Source of the DNA: Camelus ferus
Lineage: Eukaryota
Assembly: GCF_009834535.1 (NCBI RefSeq)
Contig: NC_045696.1
Span: forward strand, 98,892,001-98,956,000
Direction of reading: 5' to 3'
Length of the DNA: 64,000 nucleotides
Below the pieces are notes generated by a model that was given only the letters and a program-made list of their open reading frames with translations, was not told the DNA's origin and ran no database searches. This document shows positions 26,241 to 39,067 of the stretch, piece after piece; within the stretch, counting starts at the first letter, position 1; each line of letters begins with the position of its first letter. Position numbers and translations under genes: made by a program.

Positions 26241-27289
26241 CATTAAAATATTTTAACTAAATAAGTAATAAATGAACTAATCCTTTTATGAAATGACTTA
26301 CATACGCTATTTATTTTGCTAGTGTCCATGGAAGTTTTCTAATTTCCAGTGACTTTATCATGTTTTATACTTGTAACTCTACAAATAATGACTTTACTCA
26401 TTTTAGATAACTTTATTTCAAACCATATGCATCACTTGGGAGTTGTTAAAATATTTAAATAAATGATTGAAATTCGAAAACAATACAGGCAGTTGCCATA
26501 ATTGCTTATTTTTTTCGATTTTCCCACTCCGTCCTTAAGGAACATCATGCTCTTTGTTCTGTGACCCAGCACATCACTGATCACCTGTGAACCAGGAATG
26601 TGGGAGCTTCCCTTCTCCACACAGAGCTCAGTAAAAAACATGTGCATTGGCCCCTCATTGTATTATAATTAGTTTGCCAAAGTTTCACAGGATATTAATC
26701 TACCCTTTTATTTTTATAGTTCATTAAGTACATTGTTACGGGTTTGTTCACATTTTACACTCACAGCATTCCTTAAAACAATTTTATTACTTATTTCTCA
26801 CATATAGTTATTAAGTCTATACAACCAAACAAAAACACTCAAAAATAAAGTGGTCTCCAGTTCTAACTCCAGAGAGAATTTGATATAATAGGTGAAGCAA
26901 TGGGAGGTCCAGCTCCCAATCAGAAATGCTTCCTCAAGTTCTAAATCAGCTTAATAAAATCTGGGATGGTCAGCAAATAACTGATTTTACCTCTTAGTCT
27001 TGCCACACTACTTCTGAATTTTCAAAACTGCATTCCCAAAGCTAGCTCTCAATGTAGTTAATATTGCATGCAATCATTAACCTTAAAATTCACCAAGCGA
27101 ACTAGATTTCTTGTTACTCTCTAAAGGAAGTCCATTTACTGATTGATAGTGTTTCCCTTTTTCGACTTGTCAATATGGTATGTTTCTCAGCATTCAGGTA
27201 TCTGTATTAAACATTCATGGAGAACATGGATTAGGTACCTGTTACTCCCTTTAATTACATGTAAAGTAGAAAACCCAGGTGCTGCTGTT

Positions 27290-27850
27290 GCCATTCAAAG
27301 CAAAAACAAGCAAACATGGAAGTCCTCCTGGACTCTTCTTTTCCTCAGTGACTCTCTATGAATCCTTCTTTTTATTTTATTTATTTACTTATTTATGGGA
27401 AGGAGGTAATTATGTTTATTTATTTATTTATTAACAGAAGTACTGGGGGTTGGCACTCTACCACTGAGCTATACCCACCTCTATTCTTTTTAAATGTATA
27501 TGAGACTTTTTTTTCCCCACATCATTGTTCCACCCACCACCTGGATTCTTTCAATATCCTCCATATTGGTCTTCCTTTCTTTAGTCCTTCCCACACACTC
27601 CCACCAGAATGGTCTTTCTAAATTCATTTCTGAGCATGTCACTTGGGCTTTAAACCCTCCATGGCTCTCTTCATCTGCCTGGCAAGGATCAGGCTCCTTG
27701 GGCAGCATCCTACACTCTTCATCAAGAAGCCCCGTCTTTTCATCTTCAGCCTCATCATCCACCATCCAGCTCCACACCTCTGTGGGTTTGCACTGACTGT
27801 TGCCTCTGCCTGGGATGCCCTCTCCTCCCACCACTGTCAATCCACCCAAT
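27290..27850 (+). mobile_element. L2 LINE fragment (interrupted by a SINE)
   Basis: CCAGAATGGTCTTTCTAAA..CATGTCAC..TTTGCACTGACTGTTGCCTCTGCCTGGGATGCCCTC. Confidence 0.8.
27369..27480 (-). mobile_element. Camelid tRNA-derived SINE with internal deletion
   Basis: Reverse complement GGGTATAGCTCAGTGGTAGAGTGCC joined directly to AACCCCCAGTAC..TAATTACCTCC. Confidence 0.85.
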
Positions 27851-28349
27851 AACATTTTGCCTTTTATTTAAAGTTTTCAAACATCTAGGTGTGTAAGCAT
27901 CATTTGACATATTTGTTCAAGGTGCGCCCCACCCTGAGATTCTGAGAACCGAGGCATTTCTGATACATGTAATGGGCACTGCGCTAGTGGTTGTCAACCA
28001 AGGAGACACGGCTGACTAACCCAAGATCTTGGAGGAGGATGGGGCTGCACTCACAAGATATTTGGACCATGGTGTGATTTAAGTACTTCTCAGGAGATTT
28101 TTTCCTGCTAATATTCAGCAAGAACTGAGAACAACTGCACTAAACTTCGAAGAACTTGCTTAAAAAACCATATTCAGGCAACATCTCTTTTGGGAAGAAG
28201 TCCTTGATTCTTGAGATAGAATAAATCACTCCCTCTCAAAGGACCAATTTCCTGCTAGAACAAAAGCCCTGAAAACAGCTAAACCATATATGCTTTTGCA
28301 GCCTCCAACACCTGGCTGAATTCATGAGAAAGTGCTCTTCCTGTGTCCT

Positions 28350-28430
28350 TTGTCTTTATCTCTTTCTCTGTCTCTGTCTCTCTATCTTTCTCTCTGTTTC
28401 TGTCTCTGTCTCTGTCTCTCTCTCTTTCTC
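28350..28430. repeat. (TC)n/(TCTCTG)n simple repeat
   Basis: Direct reading. Confidence 0.9.
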
Positions 28431-29194
28431 TTATTCGTGAACCTTTTAGGAAAGCCCTCTGGAGCTAAAGGTATATTTACATTTTTGCCAGATGAATTAA
28501 ACAGTCAAAAACTATCCTATCAAAAAAAATTAGTTAATCAATAACAAACATTTTGATCAGGGAGCACTTATGCTGGTAAATAAGGACACAGGAACAGGTA
28601 AAAAATATAAGCATCCTTGGGGAGTATGAACAGTCTTCCGCTAGCTAACGTAGGGTCTTCAGAGTTATTTATTGCATCCCACCACCTCCTAAAGAGCTTT
28701 ATCCACACTCACATCCTTAAGCCCCACCATTTCCGCAGAAGTGTCTAAGTGTGAGATTGAACACATTGTATTTGGTAAAGATATCTGTCATTTCTTCAAA
28801 ACCTTTTAAAAACATCAATAGCGTTCTTCCTCTTTTCCTTTAGTATGACTGATGATAGTCTAAAATTTAGGATTGAAATCCTACTCTCTTAAAAACCGTT
28901 GGAGTCAAGTTTCCCAGTCTATAAAGAAATAAATAAATGTCCATTTTAGCCAGGCAGGGACCATCATGCCAGTGTTTCCTGGATGCCACTCTTTCTTCTA
29001 CAACTCCACGTAAAGGACTGGCCCTCCTGTCAGTCTGTTGGGTGACAGCCCACTTGAGTTTCTATAGGAGAGCAGTATATGCAAGAGAATTTTATTAAAA
29101 ATTATCAAGATGAGCATAAACAAGTAGAGCAAAGGCAAGAAAGAGAAAGTAGCACAGGGAGAGATTGGGCAGAAGCCATAACAAAGAACAGAAG

Positions 29195-29337
29195 ATAAAT
29201 ATCTTGTAGTGACCTATAATGAGAAAGAATACGAAAATGAATTTATGTATATGTATAACTGAACACCAGAAACTGACACAACATTGTAAACTGACTATAC
29301 TTCAATAAAAATAAAATGAAACAAATTTTAAAAAAAG
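29195..29337 (+). mobile_element. Extreme 3' end of L1 with A-rich tail
   Basis: ATATCTTGTAGTGACCTATAATG..CTGACTATACTTCAATAAAA, homologous to 19900-20035. Confidence 0.88.
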
Positions 29338-30538
29338 ACTCCAAATGACTGTATAGAACTTGAAAAAAAAAGTGTCCAAAGCCACGAGGAACATGAAAAA
29401 GGGAGAGGTTGGCATGAACTGGGGGAAACAGATCCAACAGGGAATTTTCTACTTGGGAGAAAGATGAGCTAAGTCCTAGAAAATATTTTGAGGAACATAA
29501 ATTGTGAGAGAAATATTGGAATAGCCATAAATGCACACGCGTGTTTCTCATATAGGCCTGGAAAAAGAAAGCATCAAGACAAGTGTTTTCTACTGCTACT
29601 AATTGCTTTCATTAAGCAATTATGTGCTTGCCTGAACTTTGAGCACATGCTGTTATTTGTATGAAATGTTTACTACACATACTTGGTCCAAAGAAAAGAA
29701 AGCTGGTAAAATTGAGTCTGGTCCTCAAATATTCCATTCTGGTATCTTTGTGCTCCGGAAGGCACAAATGTGGACATTTTCCATTTCTCAATTGTAAAAA
29801 TAAATTTCACCTGAGACTCAAACTCCCTGAATTCTTATATTATTATTTGCATTATGTTGACTTGTATATGTTTCTAAATTAATATATATTAACTTTATAT
29901 ATTTTATTCATATAATTCTTATATTCTTCTTATATGACTCTGAATTCTTCCATATCCATGTGGAAAGGGCTGCCGAGGTTTGGAGAGAACATCCAGTTAG
30001 TCATTATCTAGAGAAGATTAAGGCTGTGTTGATCAGTTGATCCTGCCAACACTTGCTCTCCATAGAGAACTGTTTCAAAGTAGGTTGGAAATATCAGCCA
30101 TCTGAAAGCTATGTGAACTGAAACCTTTGGATTTCTATTGACTTGATCCACACTTTATGGCCTAACCATTTGTTAGAAACTGAGAGATACAATTTCTGTT
30201 AAAATGGCCCTGAACTGATCAGTTAGGTTTCCCATATTGAAATGGATTTTGATGCCATCTAAAAGAAGCCACAAATATTGGCTAAGTTAGACAATTCAGT
30301 ATAGGGTAACCAACAAGTCCTGACTTCTTTGTTGCACTATTTCAATGCTGGACAGCCATTAACTTGCCGGTTTTTCTTATTCTGGCTCTCAGATCCCAAA
30401 TTGGAACCACAATAATAGAAAAACCAGTAATAAAGGCAACACTGCGGTAGTGAGGGTTTTTGTTTAATAAAGAGTTCATCATAGAGTCGGTACCTGTCAC
30501 TGGGGCTGTGTCCAGGCTTCTGAACCTCATTCTCACAC

Positions 30539-31136
30539 TGTGGTAGTTCTGGGCATTGCAAACCTTGTCAAAGTAGAATTTTTAAAAATGTACATATTCT
30601 CCCTTTGCATGAGGTGCATTTTCCACTAATCAGATGCATTTGTATGAGATTTAATTCAGAAGCATGTGAGGAAAGGGATATAAATCGTAGCAATGTTCTC
30701 CTAGGTCAGTTTACCAAGGCAATAGATACAAAAACAAAAATAAACAAATGGGGCCTAATTACACTTACAAGTTTTGTACAGCAAAGGAAACTATAAACAA
30801 AACAAAAAGACAGCCTACAGAATGGGAGAAAATATTTGCAAATGAAGCAGAGATGGGGAGGTCGTATCTGAGACTGTCAGAGGTTATGGCAGTTTTCTTG
30901 TCATGGAACAAAGTCTGGTTCCAGGCTTGGACATTAGAAGCCTGGCATCAGTAAAAACACTGTGGTTCTGGTGTGGGCAGTTCTGCAGCGTGATGATTGG
31001 AACTGCGACTGAAAGCTCAGCCTACAATCTTCCCTCAGCCCTTCCAAAAGTTCTGTTACATTTCTAGTATTTCTTAATAATCCCCATACTCGTTAAACTA
31101 ACCAGTGTAGATTCTGTTACCTGCAACCAAGTTACA
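30539..31136 (+). mobile_element. Old ERVL/MaLR-type LTR interrupted by an L1 fragment
   Basis: TGTGGTAG start; 3' signature TAAACTAACCAGTGTAGATTCTGTTACCTGCAACCAAG. Confidence 0.6.
30677..30849 (+). mobile_element. Internal L1 ORF2 fragment without tail
   Basis: Translates DINRSNVLLGQFTKAIDTKTKINKWGLITLTSF/CTAKETINKTKRQPTEWEKIFANEA, the L1 ORF2p C-terminal region. Confidence 0.93.
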
Positions 31137-34100
31137 TGTTGGCAGGGAGAACTGTAATTTAACAGGAGTGCATCTAGTGACTATTATTGCATTTTCCAGA
31201 AAATAGAAATACTGAAGCCTTCTCCTTCCACTTGGTAATGTTCAAACAATACTGCTTGACTACTACTGCATATCCAGGACGACATTAAGTGTTGAGAATA
31301 AGTGTTAAAATAATCGGACAAGTCATTCTCTTCATGTGGCATATAGATCTTTGAAAAAATTTTAAGTAATGAAACATTTTAAATAAGAAAATTGGAAAAA
31401 AATGTCATTTGTTGCAACTGGCCCTTGAAAGAGATAGAGCAATTTTTATCACTTAGCTTTCCATATTCTTACCTTATAAAACATTCTCTACAATTTTCCT
31501 CCCTTCCTAAATCTCTGAACACAACCTCTAATGATTCAATGAAAGATACATAGAAAATTTGAAGAAAGAGTTAGTTGTCAAGCGATCAGTAAAATGAAAA
31601 AGATGGACCAGGAGACTAATTTTTGTTTTAAAAAAATCTGAACACACTTGGGAGGACAACAAGGACAGAGATTCCAGGCATCACTACCAGATGAAAAATT
31701 TGGTGGGCATGTGTGTTGTTTAAAAAACAAACAAAAAAAACACCTCATTCATAAAATCCTAAAATTTCATAGAAATAAGAAATCTACATAATCTAGTTCA
31801 CCACCCTCATTTATAGATCATTGCTTCGCCTATATTGTGGGGAGGGGGTTAAAGTGTGTATTTATGTATTTCCTCATGCTTGTGTGTCTTTGCCACTCAA
31901 ACACAAGTAGACAAATGCCACTCTCAACTAAGCCTTCAGGCTCCCCGCTTTTCTATATCCAGTAACCACGCCTCCACATGCATATGTCTATGTGTGTATA
32001 TATAACTTGGAAAAATGCATCTTATAGTTTTCTATCTCTGACATCTATCACATCACACAATTAGTGGTTTCCAGAACCATTAAACTTTGCTTCTGGAAGA
32101 ATACACATAAATCTGTATATTTATACACACAAACAAATATAGTTATGGTGGGTGTAATGAGATAAAATGACTTAATGGTCTTTTACTTAGAATTAACCTG
32201 TATCCGGTGATGATTTATGGGGAATACAGAGAAAAGAATGCTATGGAAATGTTAATTGTACAGTACAGGTCAGTAGCAGCGCTACAGGACATACCTAGGA
32301 ATCTAGTCTCTCAGCTCCAAAACGCAAGCCTCCATTCTTATCTCCTCCTCCATAGTACAAAATTATCTCGGGAGAACAGGAAGAGAACTCACAGACGTGC
32401 AGCTCGAGTACATACACAATTGAGATACAGCACTAGGGAAGGCATAAAAAGTCCTCTGTGAGTCAGATCTGCAGTTGATAGTCTTGCTTTTTCTTTAGTC
32501 TGTGTTCCAATGTTCTTTCTATTTTTGTTAAATGTAAGTGAAGGGAGAGAAGGTTTTATTAGAGGTTTCTGGACGAGCTGCTGACTCTGATATGCCATAA
32601 ATGGTGCATGGAGATCTTTAGCTGTCAGCTGCTGAAGGAACGGGAAGTATTCTTAGATTTGCTGTGACTGTTCTCTGAAACTCTCACAAACACATATTTT
32701 GAACTAAATACCTTTGCTTTCTCTATCAACTAAATGATGACCTTTTCCCAGAAATAACATAGAATTTCAGAGTTGGTACATATATTTTCTTTGTAGAACA
32801 AGATGGTCAATGAAGCAGTCACTGTGAAAATCCCATGAGAACAATTAAATCTCAGCAATTAAGTTGATGACTAAATTTGGCGGTAGAAAAATGTTAATGA
32901 CATACTTTCTGCAGCCCTTTCTGGAATGGCTCACTTTCTTTTTTCCTCCGATTCCTTTAATCAAAATGAATAGGCACAAATGATTAAAAATATCTTACAA
33001 GTGCCTAGAACTAGGACTTCGGCAGATATAGCTAGAAGGAGCTGAAAAACGTATTATCAGAAGGTCAGAGGTTCAAGCTCTTTTTCCTTCTTTGTAAAAA
33101 TATTTTAAAACAATCAAAAATATTTCATAAAGTTTTTTCAAAAAATAATGAGCCTGCAGAAAACACATTAAACTCCGTGGCTTCTTGCTATTTCATTTTG
33201 GTTAGGTTTTTTTCAATATTTTACTAGGGAAAGAGAAACAATTTATTATTTGTGCTCAGTGACCTTGAGCTCTTAAAATGAGGGCTGAAAGTGACTAGGA
33301 CAAGCAGGAAGCAGCACTGATAAATGAGTCTAAGTATAAAGGTGGGTTTTTGTGGTTGAGTAAACTTCAATGCAATTTTTGATGTGATAGATCTGAGTCA
33401 CCTACATAAGAGTTAATGCAAAATAGTTATTTTCCCGGTATTGCATAAAACACAACTAATGATGCAAACATGTCACCCACTCATTTGCTCATTTAACAAA
33501 ACTCTGAGTACTCTTCAACGTGCCAGGGTTTTGCGAGGTCCTGGAACTACAGAGCAAATGCTCTACCTTTAAGAGATACAGCTTATTAAGGAGTTAGATT
33601 CATATTTTAAAATGTTTACATACTATGAGACAAATGTGAAATGCACAGAGAGTATCTTGAGAACATGAAAGAGGGACACCTCTTTTAGTAACGGAAGTCC
33701 TAGGTCATGCAAGGTTTTCAGGAGGATCTGACTCCTCAACTGTCACTTAAAAAAACACACCTGGGCTCCCCTGGATAGGAGACAGAGAAGGACACTCAGG
33801 GCTTAGGGAATAAACCCATGGAAAAAGAAACCCTCCAGATGATTTGTTGGTTGTTCTAAATATATGTACACAGAGATGAGTTTCTCTTAGAATATATTAA
33901 ATATTGTAAGTTGGAATTTTTACTTTGAGAAATCCAGGAACAAATTTTAAATAGATGCCGGGATAATTTGAAACCACTGTGCAGCTGAGTTTCTTCCTAG
34001 GAACAAGGTATGATCTTTAGAATACCTGGTTCTATCAAGAAATTCTGGAGATTTTCTGAACTCTCCCCTAAGCAAATTATTCTTTGTAATAGACTTTCTA

Positions 34101-34156
34101 CCTTTGATCTACAATTTCCCCTGAAATAGTAGAAGCCTACAGGCTTTCGGCAGAAG

Positions 34157-34382
34157 CAAGATTTCTCAGCCTCAGCGCTGCTGACATTTCAGTCTGGGTA
34201 ATTCTTTATTGGAGTGGGAAGTTGTCCTGGGCATTATAGGGTGTTTAGAGGCTCCCCTGACCTTTTATTCACTAGATGCCAGTGGAGGACTCCCCTCCCT
34301 CGACAGCTGTGACAAACAAAATGTCTCCAGACATTGTCAAGTATCCCCTGGGTGACAAAATCCTGCTGGTGGAAAACCCCTA
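34157..34382. mobile_element. MER20 hAT-Charlie MITE
   Basis: CACTAGATGCCAGT..TGTGACAAACAAAATGTCTCCAGACATTGTCAAGTATCCCCTGGG. Confidence 0.92.
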
Positions 34383-34718
34383 ACATAAGCTACTGCAGCT
34401 TAGTTTTACTGCAGTAGTTTGGTGGCTCAAATGTTTGACTTTAATAATAATAATAAATAAAAATATTACAAGATCCCTGGGTGACTTGTGCAGGGGGCAT
34501 CCGGCCACCAAATGCCAAACCACTAATAAAAGCCAGAAGTATATCAGGTAGACACCTACTACATAAGGCCCTATACTGATGCTCGTATCATTACCCCTGC
34601 TGGTGACATTGTCATTCCATCCCTGGGCACATAAGGCAGGCCCAGCTTCTCCATGTCCTGTGAGAAAACTAGAATGAGCAAAGCTCCTTTTCACCTGAAG
34701 TGCAAGTCGCCCTCTGAC

Positions 34719-34950
34719 CTGTGGTTCTCAGCCTCTTGTGCCCTTTGGAAGCTTCTGAGGATATTTCAAAAATACTGAACCTTTGATTACTCTGCGATGT
34801 TCTGACTTAATTTAAATAATACGGATACCTCAGTTACACCCAGAGGTTCTGATTTAATTGGATTTAATTGGTCTGGGGTGAGGCTTAAGTATTAAAGGTT
34901 TTAAAAGCTCCCATGAGATTCTGATGCACTGCCAAGACTGAGAAGCACTG
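34719..34950. mobile_element. MER5-family hAT MITE with internal duplication
   Basis: CTGTGGTTCTCAGC..TTCTGATTTAATTGGTCTGGGGTG..TGAGAAGCACTG. Confidence 0.8.
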
Positions 34951-35204
34951 CTTTCTGTCCATTACCTTGGGCTACGAATCATCTTCTTTTTTTAAGCTTA
35001 ATTTTGTTTAGGGATGTTGGAAACAATTAAATCTTACTTCAGTTATATGTATATAATCAGTATATAATTAGTCTTTATATATGTTATTTGTAATAAGATA
35101 ATATGTATATATATAAAGGTCATATATTTAGTGTCTTTAGATCTAGGAATTTAGTCTCTGGAATTAGGAATGTATCTTTAGAACATGGAGTTTAGTTTTT
35201 AACC

Positions 35205-35372
35205 CATTGTTTCTCAAACTTGACATATTAGAGTAGCCTGATTTTTGTTGTTTAAAATCCAGACCACACCCCAGAGCAAACAAAGGACAGTGTCTAGGGG
35301 TGCTACACCCCAGCAGTTATCTGTGAGGTTCTCCAGGTGATTCCAAAGAGCAGACATGCTCGGGAACCACTG
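35205..35372. mobile_element. MER5-family hAT MITE
   Basis: CATTGTTTCTCAAACT..CCAGGTGATTCC..GGGAACCACTG; 8-bp TSD-like TTTTAACC / CTTTAAAC. Confidence 0.8.
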
Positions 35373-35425
35373 CTTTAAACAGATCTGGAAAGGGATCTAA
35401 TTATTTGAGCCCAGCAGATAGAGAT

Positions 35426-35770
35426 CATTGGTTCTCATCTTTAGCTGCACAGTAGAATCACCAGGGAGCTTTTAAAACTCCTGAAGCGCAAGTTGCACCC
35501 CAAGTCTATTAAGTCAGAATCTCCTAGGGTAGGAGCCAGTCACCAGCAGTTTTTAAAGTTCCTTAGGCGATTCTAATATGCAGTCAGGCAGTGGCTCTGA
35601 GACTTCAGCTCACATCAGAGTCATCTGCAGGGCTCAGTGAAGCACAGCTTGCTGGGCTCCACAGCCAAAATGTCTATTTCAGGAGATCTGCGCTGGGGCT
35701 CAAGAACGGGCACTTCTAACAAGTTCTCCGTTGATACTAATAGTGCCGGTCCAGGGACCACACTTTGAAA
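35426..35770. mobile_element. Two abutting MER5-family MITEs (about 35426-35588 and 35589-35770)
   Basis: CATTGGTTCTC..AGAATCACCAGGGAGCTTTTAAAA and CAGTGGCTCT..TTCTAACAAGTTCTC..GGTCCAGGGACCACACTTTGA. Confidence 0.82.
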
Positions 35771-36657
35771 TCTAAAGCAGTGGTTTTGAAAATCAGCTTA
35801 ATAAGTGAAAGATGAAAAGTGACACATGGAGAATCAGGTGTAACTTCCAGAAATTTTCTCATTGCTGCCTGTTGTTGAATTATTTTAGTAAATGCGATAT
35901 TGTTATTTAAAATTTCCATGAGGATACTAATGATAACAATTTTAATTTTTTTCCTGTTTCCTACAGTAACTCTCTTTCATTCAGATTAATTTTCCCTTTT
36001 TATATCTTGCTGCTTTTTATTATTTCTCTCACCTATATGTGAAGATGAGATGAGGGTGGACAAGTATGAAATCTAAATTCATTTCATTCACCCAGATGAG
36101 GAGTACCTGTCACTAAATACAATTTCTGATGATAGAACCCTGATTGCAGAAGGTGTGGCTCCACAAGGGGGAAAACAAACACCTGTAGCAGAGCAGGCTT
36201 TCTTTTAAGGTATGCGGACTGTCCACCAAGTGCTAAAGATCTTACCCCTCACAGTACTCTAAGCTATACAGAATCCTGGCCCCCTTTTCTCTGGCCCCAG
36301 GATTCATTACGGGAATCTCAGGAGTCAGCCCTTCTGTGTTAGCATTATGAGTGCGACTTTAGCCAGATAATGAATGCCCGAGTCAACTACCCAGAAAACT
36401 CTGAAGGAAGGAATTGGCATTGCTATCCCTTAGTCAATCATTTTCCCCATCTCCAAAAACAAAAGAAAAAAAAAAAAAAGAAAGAAAAAACCAAACAATT
36501 TACTCAGAAACAAATCAGGGAATTAGGAAAGAAGATCAAACAAATTGTACAGGAGTAAACTTCACAATTAAAGAAAACAACCAGAGGTGGGTGGGGTGGG
36601 AGGGAGGCCGAGAAAGGAGGAGAAGAAGAAGGACTAGGAGGAGAAAAAGGGATGGGG

Positions 36658-37240
36658 AGGGAGGGAATGATGTTTGTCTTTTCTCTCCTTGACTGTTGAT
36701 TTCTCAGTGTATTTCATAATTACATTGTCCTATTTAGGATGTGACTAATTTAATACTAGATCATGTTGCTAGAAATTAAACAAATGGGTGATTCCAGAAT
36801 TGACTGGCCACACAACTGTCACTGTAGTGATGCTCGCTTCATTGCACTGGTTCGTCTTCCTTCTCAACCTGCCTGTCTCCACTTGGAATATGTATCAGTT
36901 TGTTGCGATGCCAAGTGGTAACACGGGAGAGCCTGATCCCACAGAATACACAATCAGGGGCCGCTGAAGTCACAAACAGCAGGAGCCATGTTGAAGCTGG
37001 TTGCCACTTGTTCTATTTCTTCATGTATCTTTACAGGTTGATTCTAGCTTCTGATAAATGACTGAAGCTGGAGAAGCTGTGGTTGAAGTTAACCTATACT
37101 ACAGTGCACAACTGAGAGCCAGGGACTACTTAAATCATCCTTAGAGCTGTGACCATAGAAGTGTATTTTTTCCTCTTTGAACAAAAAACTATTTTTGCTC
37201 TATTTTTACCATATGAAGTGTTTAAGAAACAAACAAAAAG
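36658..37240 (+). pseudogene. CNIH4: Processed (retro-) pseudogene of cornichon family member 4; CDS remnant about 36658-37065 plus 3' UTR
   Basis: Manual translation [118 protein letters not shown] is colinear with recalled mammalian CNIH4; no introns, 3 internal stops, several frameshifts, A-rich end. Confidence 0.95.
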
Positions 37241-37343
37241 GTCCAACACACTAACGGAAAGAGGATTCTACAGAGCATTTTCAGAAAGCGTGGGACACTT
37301 GGAGACCATCTTGGAATTCTGCCTACTACTCAATCTCAATTTT

Positions 37344-37344
<1 letters not shown>

Positions 37345-37391
<47 letters not shown>

Positions 37392-37444
37392 TTATATAAT
37401 ATTTCCTATTGGTTCTGTTTCTCTGGAGAACCCTGACTAATATA
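37345..37444 (+). mobile_element. MLT2 (ERVL) LTR 3' end containing (TA)~17
   Basis: TCCTATTGGTTCTGTTTCTCTGGAGAACCCTGACTAATA diagnostic MLT2 terminus; (TA)n at 37352-37385. Confidence 0.85.
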
Positions 37445-37459
37445 AAGCCCTGACTAATT

Positions 37460-37805
37460 TGTAGATAAACCTTGAGCATATTACACTAAGCAAAATAAGC
37501 TACTCATAAAATTACACATACTGTATGTTTCAATCTATATGAAATATTTAGGGTCTTCAAATTTATATAAACATAAAGTGAAATGGTAGTTGCCAGGAGC
37601 CAAGGGGAGGAAGAAATGGGGAGTGGTTTAAAGAGTGTAGAATTTCGGTTTTGCAAGATGAAAAAGTTCTGGAGATTAGTTACACAATGATGTGAATAAT
37701 ACTTGGTACTAAGTACTGAGCTGTACACTTAAAAATGGTTAAGATGAATTTTATGTTATGTGTTTTTTACCACAGTTAAAACAAAATGAAACAAAAACAA
37801 AAAAG
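37460..37805 (+). mobile_element. L1MB-type 3' end
   Basis: GGTAGTTGCCAGG..GTTTTGCAAGATGAAAAAGTTCTGGAG..CTGTACACTTAAAAATGGTTAAGATG..TTTTACCACA plus A-rich tail. Confidence 0.92.
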
Positions 37806-38474
37806 AGAAGCAAGCTATCCATATCTACTTAGGTCTATTGGTTCTAAAATAAACTACAGAGTTAAAATTGGGAAATGTCCACTGTGGCTTCAATGACAAA
37901 CGTCAGAGACATAAGTCAGAATAGACACCCAACTGAACTTGAATCAACAATTTCTAGCTGGTATTAAAAACTGTAACAAATAAACAACAAGCCAAATGAA
38001 TGGGATACTCACCTACACACAGTAGGCAGAGATGCATGGACCATCGGGGCAAAGACTAGTGCCTCTCTTCTATCTTCAGTGGCAAGTTCCCTATGGGGTC
38101 TTGAATCCATGTAAGTCAACACAACATATATGAGAAAATTTGAATCCAGGTTAACACAACACATATGAGAAACTGAAATGTGTTCAGAAAGAAATATCAT
38201 AAAAACTAAAAATGTTATTATGGAAATGTTAAATGAATGTAGAGGTTAACAGTTTATGTTTAAAAGTTAATAGAATCCAGTTTCTTTCTTAATTTTTTTT
38301 AAAAGAATCCAGATGTATAGACTAGAAATCTAAGGGAAAGTTACTAAGTTATTACAAAGGGGACATTCTCCAACAATTATCTATTTCCTTAGAACACAGA
38401 ACTGAACACATGGATGTTAGTTCAGTAAGAGACTTTTCTAGAAGTAAGAGCAACTAAATCTTGACAAAGAGAAT

Positions 38475-39067
38475 GATAGACTATCTAAATTGGCTGTGTG
38501 ACAAATTGGTTTGTACCTCAAACTTAGTAGTTTAAAACAACACACATTTCCTATTTATTGTTTTGCCATCTATGTGACTCTGGTGTCTGAGCTTGGTCTA
38601 GCTGGGTCCTTTCCTCAGGGTCACGGTTTTGGCTGGAGGTACAATCTCATGTTATCATGGATTCCTCTTCTAAGCTCACTGGCTGTTGGCAGGACTCGGT
38701 TCCTTGCAGCTGTGAGAACTGAGGCCCATTCCCTGCACTCATCTTCTCTACACTTTCTTCAAGGTGCACAGGAGGGAGTCTGCTGCTTTTTCTTGCCTCT
38801 TAGGTCTAGGTGTGCTTTGAAAAGTCTGATTAATTCAGACCCACGCTGGATAATCCCTCTTTTGATTTATTCAAAATCAACTGAGTAAGGACTCTAATCA
38901 CACTTGTAAAATTACTTAACTTTTGCCATACAATGTAACAGAGTCATGGGAAAAATATCCCGTGATATTCACAGGCCCCACCCACGCTGACAAGGAGAGG
39001 ATTCTGCAGGGCATGTCCGTGAGAGGGCAAGACTCTTGGAGACCATCCTGGAATTCTGGCTACCACA
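38475..39067 (-). mobile_element. MLT1E-like MaLR solo LTR
   Basis: TTGGCAGGACTCGGTTCCTTGCAGCTGT..TCAAAATCAACTGA..CCATCCTGGAATTCTGGCTACCACA. Confidence 0.88.

Noticed and set aside
29940..30530. MaLR internal region joined to the downstream LTR
   Set aside because: Only faint similarity and no polypurine tract before the LTR start
38007..38093. Possible 78-nt minus-strand exon with TAG|GTGAGT donor
   Set aside because: Weak acceptor and unrecognised peptide; no supporting evidence
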